64,000 nt of DNA, from the NCBI GenBank assembly GCA_049570475.1, contig CP186953.1, positions 32,001-96,000 of the forward strand. The letters run 5' to 3'. The notes beneath the pieces were generated by a model, which saw nothing but the letters and a program-made list of their open reading frames with translations, was not told the origin of the DNA and ran no database searches. A program made the position numbers and the translations under genes. The first letter of the stretch is position 1. Every line of letters begins with the position of its first letter. Of this stretch, positions 50,173 to 59,938 are shown in pieces. This DNA comes from Candidatus Methanosuratincola verstraetei (GTDB taxonomy: Archaea; Thermoproteota; Methanomethylicia; Methanomethylicales; Methanomethylicaceae).

Positions 50173-51309
50173 ATGGCAAGAAGGAGGGGCTTGAGCACTA
50201 CCGCGATCCACCACGGGTGTGCAGAGGGCGACGACATAATACCGCCAATCTACCAGACAGCTATCTTCAAGCACCCGAATGGGAAGCAGATACGGGGCAG
50301 GGACCTCAAGTACAGCAGGGAGGACAACCCGACTGTCAACCTGCTCGAGAGGAAGATGGCAGCCCTTGAAAGTGGAGAGGATTGCTTGGCTTTTTCTTCA
50401 GGAATGGCAGCGATCTCGACCCTCCTGCTCAGCCTGACACGGCAAGGGGATACAATTGTTACCTCGAAGGAGGTCTACGGGGCAAGCCTCATCCTAATGA
50501 GGTCTCTTGAGAAGTTCGGCATCAGGGTCAAGTGCGTCCTGAACGACAAGCTGGAGGGGGAGATTGGCAGCGAGACCAAGCTCGTCTTCGTCGAGTCGAT
50601 CACCAACCCGACCTTGAATGTGCCTGACATCAAAGGGATCGCCGAGGCCTGCCGCAGGAATGGGGCCACCTTGGTCGTCGACAACACATTCGCCACGCCC
50701 ATAAACTTCAGGCCGATCGAAGCAGGGGCAAAATATGTGGTGCACAGCGCGACTAAGTACCTGGGCGGCCACAACGACGCGATCGCCGGGGTCTTGATCG
50801 GACCGAAGGAGGGCATAGACAACGCCTGGGAGTGGAGGAGGAACCTTGGGGGGAGCCTGGATCCATTCGCAGCATACCTTGTGATAAGGGGGTTGAAGAC
50901 CCTGAAGCTCAGGGTTGAGGAGCAGAACAGGAAGGCGCAGCTTATAGCAGAGTTCCTTGAGCAGCACCAGAAGGTAAAGAAGGTCCACTACCCCGGACTG
51001 GAATCCAGCCCCAACCACGAGAGGGCAAAGGAGCTGATGAGGGGGTTCGGAGGAGTGGTCTCATTCGAGCTCGAAAACATGGAGAGCGCGATGAGGTTCC
51101 TGGGCGGGCTCAAGCTGATAAAGACTGCCCCGAGCCTCGGAGGGGCAGAGACGCTGGTGACCCACCCAGTGTCGTCATCGCACAAGAACATAAGCCCCGA
51201 GGAGCGTAGAGAGCTCGGAATTACCGATGGGCTCGTCAGGCTCTCTGTCGGGCTTGAGGACACAGAAGACCTGATCGCGGATCTAGAAGAGGCTTTGGCT
51301 GCTGCATGA
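50173..51309 (+). CDS. Cys/Met metabolism PLP enzyme (cystathionine gamma-synthase/lyase family)
   Basis: YSREDNPT, SSGMAA, VDNTF, SATKYLGGH, SLGGAETL, RLSVGLE. Confidence 0.92.
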   Translation: MARRRGLSTTAIHHGCAEGDDIIPPIYQTAIFKHPNGKQIRGRDLKYSREDNPTVNLLERKMAALESGEDCLAFSSGMAAISTLLLSLTRQGDTIVTSKEVYGASLILMRSLEKFGIRVKCVLNDKLEGEIGSETKLVFVESITNPTLNVPDIKGIAEACRRNGATLVVDNTFATPINFRPIEAGAKYVVHSATKYLGGHNDAIAGVLIGPKEGIDNAWEWRRNLGGSLDPFAAYLVIRGLKTLKLRVEEQNRKAQLIAEFLEQHQKVKKVHYPGLESSPNHERAKELMRGFGGVVSFELENMESAMRFLGGLKLIKTAPSLGGAETLVTHPVSSSHKNISPEERRELGITDGLVRLSVGLEDTEDLIADLEEALAAA

Positions 51310-51312
51310 GAG

Positions 51313-51834
51313 TCACTCGGGCGGTATTATAGCGCTGTTCCCGAGGTCGTCCTCTATTATAATCGTGAAGGGCAGGGATCCGCCCATTGCCGACTTTATC
51401 CTCTTTACCGCCAATTCTGCCTCTTCCTTCTTCGGGCCCTCCGTGATACCCGCGAGCTGCTCGGCGACCTCGAGGAAACGCTGCAGTACACCTTCGACAT
51501 TTGTGACAAAACCGACTGGCCTGGATCCAGGGCTAAGCTCTAGCCCCAGCTCTGGTATCAGAATCTTCCCGCTGGGTGATCTTATCACCCTCGCGCTGAG
51601 GTCTTTCCCGCCCGAGACCCGGAATTCTATCTTCTTTATGCCCCTGCTCTCAAGCGGGATCTCGTGGTATGCCCTAACACCGCACTTCGGGCAGAACATC
51701 GAGACCAAGACGGCCATGCCCAGCCCCGGGATCTCGTCGTAGAGCTCCTCGACCGCAAGGGTATCCTCGCCGCAGCCCGGGCAGACTGCCTTGTATGAAA
51801 GATGCTCGCGCTTTCCCATATCGACCAGAGGCAT
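51313..51834 (-). CDS. ZPR1 zinc-finger protein
   Basis: CPGC..CPKC, DLSARVIRS, IPELG, TNVEG, GNSAI. Confidence 0.9.
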   Translation of the reverse strand: MPLVDMGKREHLSYKAVCPGCGEDTLAVEELYDEIPGLGMAVLVSMFCPKCGVRAYHEIPLESRGIKKIEFRVSGGKDLSARVIRSPSGKILIPELGLELSPGSRPVGFVTNVEGVLQRFLEVAEQLAGITEGPKKEEAELAVKRIKSAMGGSLPFTIIIEDDLGNSAIIPPE

Positions 51835-51886
51835 TTATCAAAACAAGATATATATGGTTTGCACAGAACGATCAATGTGACCGCAA

Positions 51887-52183
51887 ATGCCAGGGCTCCC
51901 GATAGAGGTCGTCCTCTTCAAGTCCGAGAACTGCGCGGGCTGCCAGGCTGCAGACAGGATAATCTCCTCCAAGGTAAGCGAGCTGAACTCGAGCCAAGAG
52001 GCCGTCAGGCTCATCAAGTACGACATTGATACCGAAGAGGGATTCAAGGAGGCTGAGAAGATGGGCGTCGAGTCGACCCCTGCAGTCTTCGTCTCCGGGG
52101 AGAGGTACATGGGCAAGATCGGGGACGAGTTCTTCGAGTTTCTGTGCAAAAAGATAAGCGAAAAAGCGAAGGCGCTTGCGTGA
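51887..52183 (+). CDS. Thioredoxin/glutaredoxin-like protein
   Basis: CAGC motif, GVESTP cis-Pro. Confidence 0.82.
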   Translation: MPGLPIEVVLFKSENCAGCQAADRIISSKVSELNSSQEAVRLIKYDIDTEEGFKEAEKMGVESTPAVFVSGERYMGKIGDEFFEFLCKKISEKAKALA

Positions 52184-52760
52184 TATTGGGACAGCAGAGG
52201 GTTGCGCGGCGGATCTGGGCATGGCGGACTCGGGGGGTTTGCGCTCAATGAGGCTCAAGGAGATTGTGATCAGTCCGATCGGCATCGTCAGGACAGGATG
52301 CGCCGACTCAGAAGTGGGCGAAAGCTTCGATGGGGTCCCAGGGAGGATCGAGATCTTCAATGAGTACTCCGAGGGGCTCGAAGGCATAGAGGGATTCTCG
52401 CACATAATAGTAGTCGCCTTCTTGGACAGGGTCAAAGCCGCTGAGAGGAAGGTGCTGAAGGTCAGGCCGAAGTGGCTTGCCAAGTATGCCGACGACCCCA
52501 AAAAAGTCCCTGAGGTCGGGGTATTCAATACCCGGTCCCCCCATAGGCCGAACCCTATCGCCTTGAGCGTGGTCAGGCTTGTAAGGAGGGTTGGGAATGT
52601 CTTGGAGGTCGAGGGGCTCGATCTTTACGACGGGACGCCTGTGCTCGACATCAAGCCGCATGTGCCGCAAGACCTCGGGGGCGAGATCAGGTTCCCCTCC
52701 TGGTTCAACGAGATGAGGGAAAAGGTCAGGAAGGAAAAGGGCAAGGATTTGACTTTTTGA
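52176..52760 (+). CDS. TrmO/TsaA-family tRNA methyltransferase
   Basis: PIG, GFSHI, GVFNTRSPHRPNPI, DGTPVLDIKP; true start probably downstream. Confidence 0.88.
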   Translation: MRDIGTAEGCAADLGMADSGGLRSMRLKEIVISPIGIVRTGCADSEVGESFDGVPGRIEIFNEYSEGLEGIEGFSHIIVVAFLDRVKAAERKVLKVRPKWLAKYADDPKKVPEVGVFNTRSPHRPNPIALSVVRLVRRVGNVLEVEGLDLYDGTPVLDIKPHVPQDLGGEIRFPSWFNEMREKVRKEKGKDLTF

Positions 52761-52861
52761 CGCAATGATGCCCAGCAGTATTCCCTGCAGGGGATCAGGA
52801 CCCCAGGATTGGACCTCCGTTAGTGTTATATTGCATCTGCGCTTTATTAAAACGGATCAAA

Positions 52862-53125
52862 ATGGAGTTTGGATGGATAATAAACCTGATAGGAATTGCG
52901 TTCAACGGGCTTAGGTGGGCAATAGAGAGCATATTGAGCATGACGCTCTTCAAGGTAAACCCCGAACTCTCAGAGGCGTTTGCGAGCACCATAGCCCTGC
53001 TCGTCTCGCTCACCGCAGCATACATTCTGCTCGTGGTGGTGAGCGCGGGAAAGAAGATACTCGGGATAATTATACTCCTGGGCTGGGCCCTCCTGATAGT
53101 GAGCATGATAATCTCTGCACTCTGA
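52862..53125 (+). CDS. Small membrane hypothetical protein
   Basis: Hydrophobic ORF with TATA-like TTTATTAA just upstream. Confidence 0.65.
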   Translation: MEFGWIINLIGIAFNGLRWAIESILSMTLFKVNPELSEAFASTIALLVSLTAAYILLVVVSAGKKILGIIILLGWALLIVSMIISAL

Positions 53126-53221
53126 AATTTAAGGTCAAAAACTTTGGCGTTTGCAGGAATGGCTCAGGATGCGCAATGCCTGCCATCATGATGCAGCGCA
53201 AGGCAGCTCAGCACATAACCC

Positions 53222-54934
53222 TCAAACCCCGAAAATGAACCTTATCAAACCCAGTTCCCTGAACGCCAAGAATCCTGCAATTGATAGGGCGACACATACA
53301 GCTGCGGGCATCAATCCGTCCGCGACCGATCCTCCCCTGCTGAGTTTGCCGCCGACAATCCCGAGCAAGAAGGCGTCGTATATGACTGCGAGGTACGCAA
53401 CTGCAGCTGCGAGCTCGAATTGGGATCCCGTGATGAAGGAGAGACCGAATGGCAGGCTAATGCTCACGCCGCCGAGGGCTCCAGCGAATAGCCTCCCGAT
53501 CACGTCGACCGCAACAACCGTAGTGAAAGTCAGCACGAGCGTATTCATGTAGCTTACAGCGGTGAAGAGCCGGGTCTGGGACGAGAGCGCCTTCATGCAG
53601 AGGGTAAGGCTCGAGACGAGCTCGGAAAGGTGGTCTAGGCTCTTCGGCTCAGATCCCATCCTCTCGGACTCGTCTATCAGCTCGAATGTTGCCTTGACTA
53701 CCCAGGGGGCGCGTACGGCTTCTGCGACCTCTGATACCGGGACTCCTATCTTCAGGAATGCTGATATCCTGTGCAGGAACCTGTCAAAGTGTTGGTTGAA
53801 AGCCCTTGCCTCAGAAAAGTGTATTATGGACATACCAGGTGAGCTCCCCTTCTTTACCTCCTCGGCGACGAGCCTGGTGAAGGCAGGGAGGGCGGCAAGA
53901 ACCTGGCTGACTTCCCTCCGCATAGGGCGGTAGTACAAAGAGGCTGCGGCTAGCGAGGAGAGCAGAACTCCCCCGAATGCGAGGTAAGCGGGCACAGGAA
54001 TCCCTGCCACCCAAAAAATTGCAGCCAGTGCCACACCCATAGGGAGGGCTGCAAGCGCTATTGAGAACCCTTTCAGCGGCACGGGAGTCGTGAGCTCCTT
54101 GGGGAGCGAGGAGTCGATCATTACACTAAGCAGGACTGCGGTAACGCTCGGGAGACCAATGCAGGCAGCCAATAGGGTGGGCAGCGATACCGCCGAGCTG
54201 AAGACTGTGCCGAGCGTGAGAGCCCCCATGGGGACGAGTATGAAAGCGATCATCTCTGCAGAGGCGATCATGGAGAACTTGTCCGAGAGGGTCTTTATCG
54301 TGCCCTGCAGGTGCGAGAAGACCTTCATCAGCTCATCCCTGAGCACCGAGGGCACGGCATCACCCTGCCTCTGGGCGGCGACAACAGAGAAGTAGAGATC
54401 CCTTACGCGTTCGGAGGGGTGTTGCCTTGCTTCGAAGACCAATGCATCGTACGGGTGGAGCGCATAGAGGCGCCTGACCTTCTCGATCCTCTGTGCCTCG
54501 TTCCTGAACGCGTTGAGGAATGCTGAACGCCTGAGCCTCTCAAGCGCAACCTGGATAGGGATGCCAGAGGCTGAGGCGATTGCGAGGAAGGCCGTCAAGA
54601 ATGGGAGTTCTCTCTCACAGGCGCGCCTCCTCCCCAGAGCAGAGAGGGCAGGCCTCAAGGACAGATATGCAGGGATCGCCCATGAAGAGAGGCTAGCAGC
54701 CCCAGTTGCAAGCAAGAGTTCAGGAGGCGCGGCTGCCAGACCGCATAGCCGCAGCGCCAGTAGCGCCATGGATACAGACGAGAGGGCGGATGAGAGCAGG
54801 ACGGCAAGGGCTATCTTCCTGCCGTATGAGTCAGGAGAGACCCCGAGCTCGCCCTGGTAAAGGCGGAGGCAGAGGCGGCTTGCGATCGGGCTGGAGAGCC
54901 TCGCGAGCAAGCCAGAGCCGCCCTCAGCAGTCAA
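53222..54934 (-). CDS. Type IV pilus membrane platform (TadC/FlaJ, T2SS-F)
   Basis: Two T2SS-F-like repeats (ELPF..ASASG; LPAF..EVKKG); multi-TM; coupled to ATPase. Confidence 0.82.
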   Translation of the reverse strand: MTAEGGSGLLARLSSPIASRLCLRLYQGELGVSPDSYGRKIALAVLLSSALSSVSMALLALRLCGLAAAPPELLLATGAASLSSWAIPAYLSLRPALSALGRRRACERELPFLTAFLAIASASGIPIQVALERLRRSAFLNAFRNEAQRIEKVRRLYALHPYDALVFEARQHPSERVRDLYFSVVAAQRQGDAVPSVLRDELMKVFSHLQGTIKTLSDKFSMIASAEMIAFILVPMGALTLGTVFSSAVSLPTLLAACIGLPSVTAVLLSVMIDSSLPKELTTPVPLKGFSIALAALPMGVALAAIFWVAGIPVPAYLAFGGVLLSSLAAASLYYRPMRREVSQVLAALPAFTRLVAEEVKKGSSPGMSIIHFSEARAFNQHFDRFLHRISAFLKIGVPVSEVAEAVRAPWVVKATFELIDESERMGSEPKSLDHLSELVSSLTLCMKALSSQTRLFTAVSYMNTLVLTFTTVVAVDVIGRLFAGALGGVSISLPFGLSFITGSQFELAAAVAYLAVIYDAFLLGIVGGKLSRGGSVADGLMPAAVCVALSIAGFLAFRELGLIRFIFGV

Positions 54935-56645
54935 AGGCCTTCACCCGCCCATGGGTCCCTTTGGGCATTGATGTGCGAACCCCTATCCCGTCATTCAGTT
55001 TCACATTCACGTTCAGGCATTTTGAGAGAGCTTCTGAGCCAGCCTTGAATGAGTCGCCGGAGTATATCAGGTCCTCAGGGTCAAAGTCATCTGGGGAAGA
55101 CTGGAAGAGCCACACGGCTTTTGCAACAAGCAGGTACTCCCTGTACTCTGGCCTTACCTTTGCGATCTGGAGCAGCCTGGTGAGAAAAGCCACCCGCCTA
55201 CGGTACCTCTCGAGGAAGGCTTTTTCAGAGAAGCCAGTCTCCTGCATTATCCTCCTTGCGGAGTTGGAGGAGAGGATCCTCGACTCGTCGTGACCGAACC
55301 GATCCCCCTCGCATGAGTAGGAGAAGACTGGCGTAAGTGTCAGATCAGGGTTCAGGTCGTAGTAGTTGAGGACCCGCCTCCGCTGCCTCTGGCGACCCTC
55401 GGCGAAATACGTCGATCTCCCCAGGCAGAGTATGCCTGCCAGCGACTTCAGTGCACCCCTCTCGACCGAGATGGGCGGGGAGAGGAGGCGCTCGAGTGCA
55501 GAGGATGGGCTCTCGGCATGGAGGGATGTGATGCCCCCGTGGCCGGTCATTATCGCCTGGGCCCAGATCCTCCCCTCCTCGCCCCTCACCTCCCCCACTA
55601 TAATATAGTCGGCGGACATCCTGAGCGCCTCCTTGACCAGCGCGAACATCCCTATCTCGCCGCGCTCGTCCAGGGTCGACGACTCCCTGACGACCAGCGA
55701 GAACCAGTTCTGGCGCGCCAGCCTGAGCTCGGGCGTGTCCTCTATGGTGACTATCACCGCCCTCTCAGGTATGAGGTTGCATAGGGCGTTTATTGTCGAG
55801 GTCTTTCCCGTGCCCATTGACCCGCAGACGAGGAACGCCTTGCGGTGCTCCTCCAGCATCATCAGCCAAGCTGCGATCTCAGGGGAGAGGGTGTTCATGA
55901 GCATCAGGGAGGTGATTGACCAGGGCTTCTCTGGGAACTTGCGGATTATGAAGCTAGACCCCTCGACCGAGACCTCCCTTTTGTAGGAGGCTGAGAGCCT
56001 AGACCCGTTCGGGAGCCTTATGCTCAGGATTGGCTTGTAGAGCGAGACGGACTTTCCGGAGAGGTGGACCAGCTTCTCCACGTACCTGTCGATCTCATCC
56101 GGCCTGAACCGGACGTTGCTCGGCATGGTACCGTAGTCGGAGTGGCTGCACGAGACGGGGCTGCTCGAGGAGGCGACGACAATGTCCTCGACCTTCGGGT
56201 CAGAGACCATCGGATCCAGGAGGCCGTAGCCGACAATCTCCCTCTTGAGGAAGTATTTGTACCGCTGGTCGCTGAGCCCAGCCCTCTTAAGGTACTCCTC
56301 GAACTGCCGCTCGTCCCCGACAGCCGAGGCTGGCATGATGAAGAGTAGCCTTGAGGCGATGTCACCCAATTTCTTGTGCTCCTCCGGGGTCAGAGGAGGG
56401 TCGTTGATCAGGTACTCCATGTCCTTTGTTATGTAGACTGTCGATAGCCCGACAGTATAGCTCTCAACGACTTCATAGTTCGAGAGGCGCACGTACGAGG
56501 TCTTGATGCTGAAGGCAGGCAGGTCAAACCTTCCCTTTGGGGAGCTGTAGCGACGCTCTATCCCTTCAATGACTTCATCCTCGAGGCTCTCGAAGGATCT
56601 TGAGTCGATACCGCCCCTGTCCTTCCGCCTGCCGATCAATTGCAA
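54924..56645 (-). CDS. Type IV pilus assembly ATPase (VirB11/CpaF/FlaI family)
   Basis: IRKF, GSMGTGKT, TIEDTPEL, IVGEVRG, TGHG..LHA. Confidence 0.92.
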   Translation of the reverse strand: MQLIGRRKDRGGIDSRSFESLEDEVIEGIERRYSSPKGRFDLPAFSIKTSYVRLSNYEVVESYTVGLSTVYITKDMEYLINDPPLTPEEHKKLGDIASRLLFIMPASAVGDERQFEEYLKRAGLSDQRYKYFLKREIVGYGLLDPMVSDPKVEDIVVASSSSPVSCSHSDYGTMPSNVRFRPDEIDRYVEKLVHLSGKSVSLYKPILSIRLPNGSRLSASYKREVSVEGSSFIIRKFPEKPWSITSLMLMNTLSPEIAAWLMMLEEHRKAFLVCGSMGTGKTSTINALCNLIPERAVIVTIEDTPELRLARQNWFSLVVRESSTLDERGEIGMFALVKEALRMSADYIIVGEVRGEEGRIWAQAIMTGHGGITSLHAESPSSALERLLSPPISVERGALKSLAGILCLGRSTYFAEGRQRQRRRVLNYYDLNPDLTLTPVFSYSCEGDRFGHDESRILSSNSARRIMQETGFSEKAFLERYRRRVAFLTRLLQIAKVRPEYREYLLVAKAVWLFQSSPDDFDPEDLIYSGDSFKAGSEALSKCLNVNVKLNDGIGVRTSMPKGTHGRVKAFDC

Positions 56646-56697
56646 ACGTATACCACTTCCCGACTGGATGGAACAGATGGAAATAAAAAAGAGGGAG

Positions 56698-57114
56698 TTA
56701 CTGGACGAAGGCGCTGAAAGGCAAGATTCCCTGGTCTGTGTTCAATGAACCCTTAAGAATAGTCCCGGTGTTGAAGTTGGCCCCGCTGAAAGTGATGTTG
56801 AGCACCATGCTTTTCCCTGCCTGGATCACATCACTGCGAGTTGCATTCTGACCCCCTAGGAGGCACGACGAGATCGACGCGTTTGCGTTCCCTATGTTCC
56901 TGACGGTCAAGTACAGCGTATCATTCTGGACCACAGGGGATCCCACGATCATTAGGGCGCCCTGGTTCGCAGCCGCTGCGCCGGTGGAGAGCATCCAGCT
57001 GACCGCGATCCCAGTGACAGCCAGAGCGGCTACAGTCACCAGGATTGTTATTATTGGGGTCGAGATCTCCCCTCTTTTGCTTCTAATTCTGCCTCTGTTC
57101 CTATTTGCGGACAT
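56698..57114 (-). CDS. Archaeal type IV pilin
   Basis: Class III signal peptide KRG|EISTPII with H-domain; VRNIG. Confidence 0.85.
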   Translation of the reverse strand: MSANRNRGRIRSKRGEISTPIITILVTVAALAVTGIAVSWMLSTGAAAANQGALMIVGSPVVQNDTLYLTVRNIGNANASISSCLLGGQNATRSDVIQAGKSMVLNITFSGANFNTGTILKGSLNTDQGILPFSAFVQ

Positions 57115-57243
57115 TTTTCCTCGGAAGACTTGGATGTTATAAAAATCCTGCCCCCTTTGGGCGGGGTGTTCTAATCCTTAGAATGGGCGTTCAGATCAAT
57201 AGCATAAAATCACATGGTGATAACGTTATGTCAGGTAAATGTT

Positions 57244-59013
57244 ATGAGGCAGCTTTCATCCTACAAAAAAGCCATTATCGTGTCAGTCCCTTTGGTTCTC
57301 ATTGCCTTTGTCGCGGCAGCATACGCAATAAATCAGCCCCCCGACCCGAACCTCAAGCGGTTCTCCAGCATGGACGAGATCGAGGCCTACCTGAAGGGCG
57401 GATCCCCCTCCTGGTGGCCTGTCTTTTACTTCAACAGGGATTTTGCATTTCAGGCTACTACCGCCGAAGGGGGGCTGAAGGACTATTCGACTACAAACAT
57501 ACAGGTAGCAGGCGTGGACGAGGCGGACATTGTCAAGAGCGATGGCGAGTACCTCTACATCGCCTCCGGGGACACAGTCTACATCGTGAAGGCCTACCCG
57601 CCCGAGGATGCGAGGGTCGTCTCCAAGATCGTGATCAACAACTCATACTCGCAGGATCTCTACATCAACGGCAACCGGCTGGTGGTCATCGGGAGCGGAT
57701 ATTCGGCGTTTGCTTACAAAGGCTACCCGGTCTCGGTTGCCAACTCATTCGTCAGGGTCTACGACATCACCAACAGGTCCTCCCCTGAACTTGCAAGAGA
57801 GCTCGTTCTGAACGGCACAATCAGCGGCTCGAGGATGATAGGCGACTACGTGTACATAGTCTCGCAGGAGTACCCGTACGTGTATGACTTCGAAAGCCAG
57901 GATTACAGGATCGAGCTCCCAGCCTATGCGTGCGACGGCACTACCAAGGAGATAAAGCCCGAGGAGATCTACTACATAGAGTCCCAGGAGTCTTACTATT
58001 GGTTCATGACCGTCATCTCCCTGAATGTGGTCGATGACTCGATCCCTCCGTCGGATGAGACATTCTTGGCTGGCGTCTCATCCACAATGTACGTCTCGCC
58101 TGAGAACATGTACCTTGTTGCCCACCGCTCTTACCCTGTGAGGATCATGATTATCTCCCCCAGCACAAGCGCTGAGGACTGGAAGGAGGAGACGCTCGTC
58201 TACAGGCTGGGCCTGAAGGATGGGAAAGTTGCTCTCGAGGCCAGCGGCACGGTGCCAGGCGGGATACTGAACCAGTACAGCATGGACGAACACAACGGGT
58301 ACTTCAGGGTTGCTACGACCGAGTGGACATCGAACGGGAGCAAGAACGCGATCTACGTGCTGAACATGAAAATGGAAATTGTCGGGTCGATCGAAGGGAT
58401 AGCCCCCGGCGAGAGGATCTATTCGGCCAGGTTTATGGGCGACAGGTGCTACCTAGTCACATTCAGGCAGGTCGACCCATTCTTCGTGATCGACCTCAGC
58501 AATCCTTTCAATCCCTCAGTGCTCGGCTACCTGAAGATCCCAGGTTACTCCAGCTACCTCCACCCGCTGGATGAGGATCACATAATTGGTCTCGGCAAGG
58601 AAGGGAACAACCTGAAGCTCTCGTTGTTCAATGTGGAGGACGTGAGCGCGCCCAAGGAGGTAGCGAAGTTCGGGCTCAACTATACCTACTCAGACTCGGA
58701 GGCACTTTACGACCCGAAGGCGTTCCTCTTCAATGCGGGAAGGCAGATCCTCGCCATACCCGTCGGTTGGACTGAAGGCTACGGCGCATGGATGTACTCC
58801 CAGGGTGCGTTCGTCTTCAACGTGAGCGTCGAGGAGGGGTTTGTCCTCAGGGGCATAATAGTCCACCAGTCAGACATGGCCCAGAGCTACTGGAGCCTGG
58901 CGGTCAGGCGAATCCTTTACATCGAGGAAGCCCTCTATACTGTTTCCAACGACCAAGTGCGGATAAGCAACTTCGGGACGCTGGACCTGATAAAGGCGAT
59001 TCCGCTCCAGTGA
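57244..59013 (+). CDS. Secreted beta-propeller domain protein (COG4880-like)
   Basis: YSTTNIQVAGVDEADIVKSDG, NQYSMDE, LVTFRQVDPFF, KIPGYSSYLHP. Confidence 0.9.
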   Translation: MRQLSSYKKAIIVSVPLVLIAFVAAAYAINQPPDPNLKRFSSMDEIEAYLKGGSPSWWPVFYFNRDFAFQATTAEGGLKDYSTTNIQVAGVDEADIVKSDGEYLYIASGDTVYIVKAYPPEDARVVSKIVINNSYSQDLYINGNRLVVIGSGYSAFAYKGYPVSVANSFVRVYDITNRSSPELARELVLNGTISGSRMIGDYVYIVSQEYPYVYDFESQDYRIELPAYACDGTTKEIKPEEIYYIESQESYYWFMTVISLNVVDDSIPPSDETFLAGVSSTMYVSPENMYLVAHRSYPVRIMIISPSTSAEDWKEETLVYRLGLKDGKVALEASGTVPGGILNQYSMDEHNGYFRVATTEWTSNGSKNAIYVLNMKMEIVGSIEGIAPGERIYSARFMGDRCYLVTFRQVDPFFVIDLSNPFNPSVLGYLKIPGYSSYLHPLDEDHIIGLGKEGNNLKLSLFNVEDVSAPKEVAKFGLNYTYSDSEALYDPKAFLFNAGRQILAIPVGWTEGYGAWMYSQGAFVFNVSVEEGFVLRGIIVHQSDMAQSYWSLAVRRILYIEEALYTVSNDQVRISNFGTLDLIKAIPLQ

Positions 59014-59080
59014 TTTTTCTCCTTTGCCTTTTTCCCCTTCTGTCTTATTTTTCATTTCACCAAAGCTGGCTGGTGGAGCA

Positions 59081-59938
59081 TCAGAGCTGAATTTTCTCTA
59101 CGCTCACGCAGTATCCTAGCGCACGGTGCGAGATCCGCACATTGCGGAGGGGCGCCGCCCTAGCCAGCCTTGCGAGCTCCTCAACCGACGGGTTCCGCAT
59201 CATCGAGTACTCCCTGCTCCCGGCGTTTTCGGGGACGAACTCAACCAAGGTGAAACTCGCACCGCCTGCTGAGGCCTTCTCCCCGTATCCCATACTGTTC
59301 AGGTCAAGGCCTATCGACCTGACAACCTCCAGGCTGTCGTTCACCCCTGGGATCACAACCATGCGCAGGTCCACGAATGCGCTCGAGGCGAGCGCGATCC
59401 TTATCGACTCGATCACCCGGTCCACCATCGGGTTGTCCACCCCAGTCACCTTCCTGTACTCGAAGTCGTTGAGGGCGGTCTTGACGTCGATCGATACGAG
59501 ATCGAGCATTGGCAGCATTCCCCTGAGCCGCTCCGGGAGTGTGCCGTTGGTGTCGATCCCGAACTTGTAGCCGAGCGACTTCGCCTTCTTGGCAATCCTC
59601 ATCAGGGCCTCAGGCTGGAGTAGAGGCTCCCCGCCGGTTACCTTGCAGGCATTGATCAGCTTCCCCCCCTCCAAGAGGCGCTCGATCCGGTCAATCCTTG
59701 TCAAGTGCGACCTGTCCTGCTCCCTTATCTTCCAGTTCTGGCAGTACCCGCACCGGTAGTTGCACCCGGAGAAGAAGATGACTATGGCCGGCTCCCCAGG
59801 GAAGTCGCATAGGGAGAGGGGCATGATTTCGGGGGCGTAGGCTTCGGCACCCGATCCCACTCCGAGACCGCCTCCCCTTCCTTTTCCTCCGCCCCTGCCT
59901 GAAGTGTAATTTCGGCTACTGCCGCTGCCAGCGCTCAT
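59081..59938 (-). CDS. nrdG: Anaerobic RNR activase (radical SAM)
   Basis: GCNYRCGYCQN, TGGEP, DTNG; ATGA overlap with the nrdD stop. Confidence 0.88.
   Translation of the reverse strand: MSAGSGSSRNYTSGRGGGKGRGGGLGVGSGAEAYAPEIMPLSLCDFPGEPAIVIFFSGCNYRCGYCQNWKIREQDRSHLTRIDRIERLLEGGKLINACKVTGGEPLLQPEALMRIAKKAKSLGYKFGIDTNGTLPERLRGMLPMLDLVSIDVKTALNDFEYRKVTGVDNPMVDRVIESIRIALASSAFVDLRMVVIPGVNDSLEVVRSIGLDLNSMGYGEKASAGGASFTLVEFVPENAGSREYSMMRNPSVEELARLARAAPLRNVRISHRALGYCVSVEKIQL

Noticed and set aside
56670-56697. ORB-like CAGATGGAAATAAAAAAGAGGG
   Set aside because: Single copy, better explained as the T-tract after the pilin gene on the minus strand.
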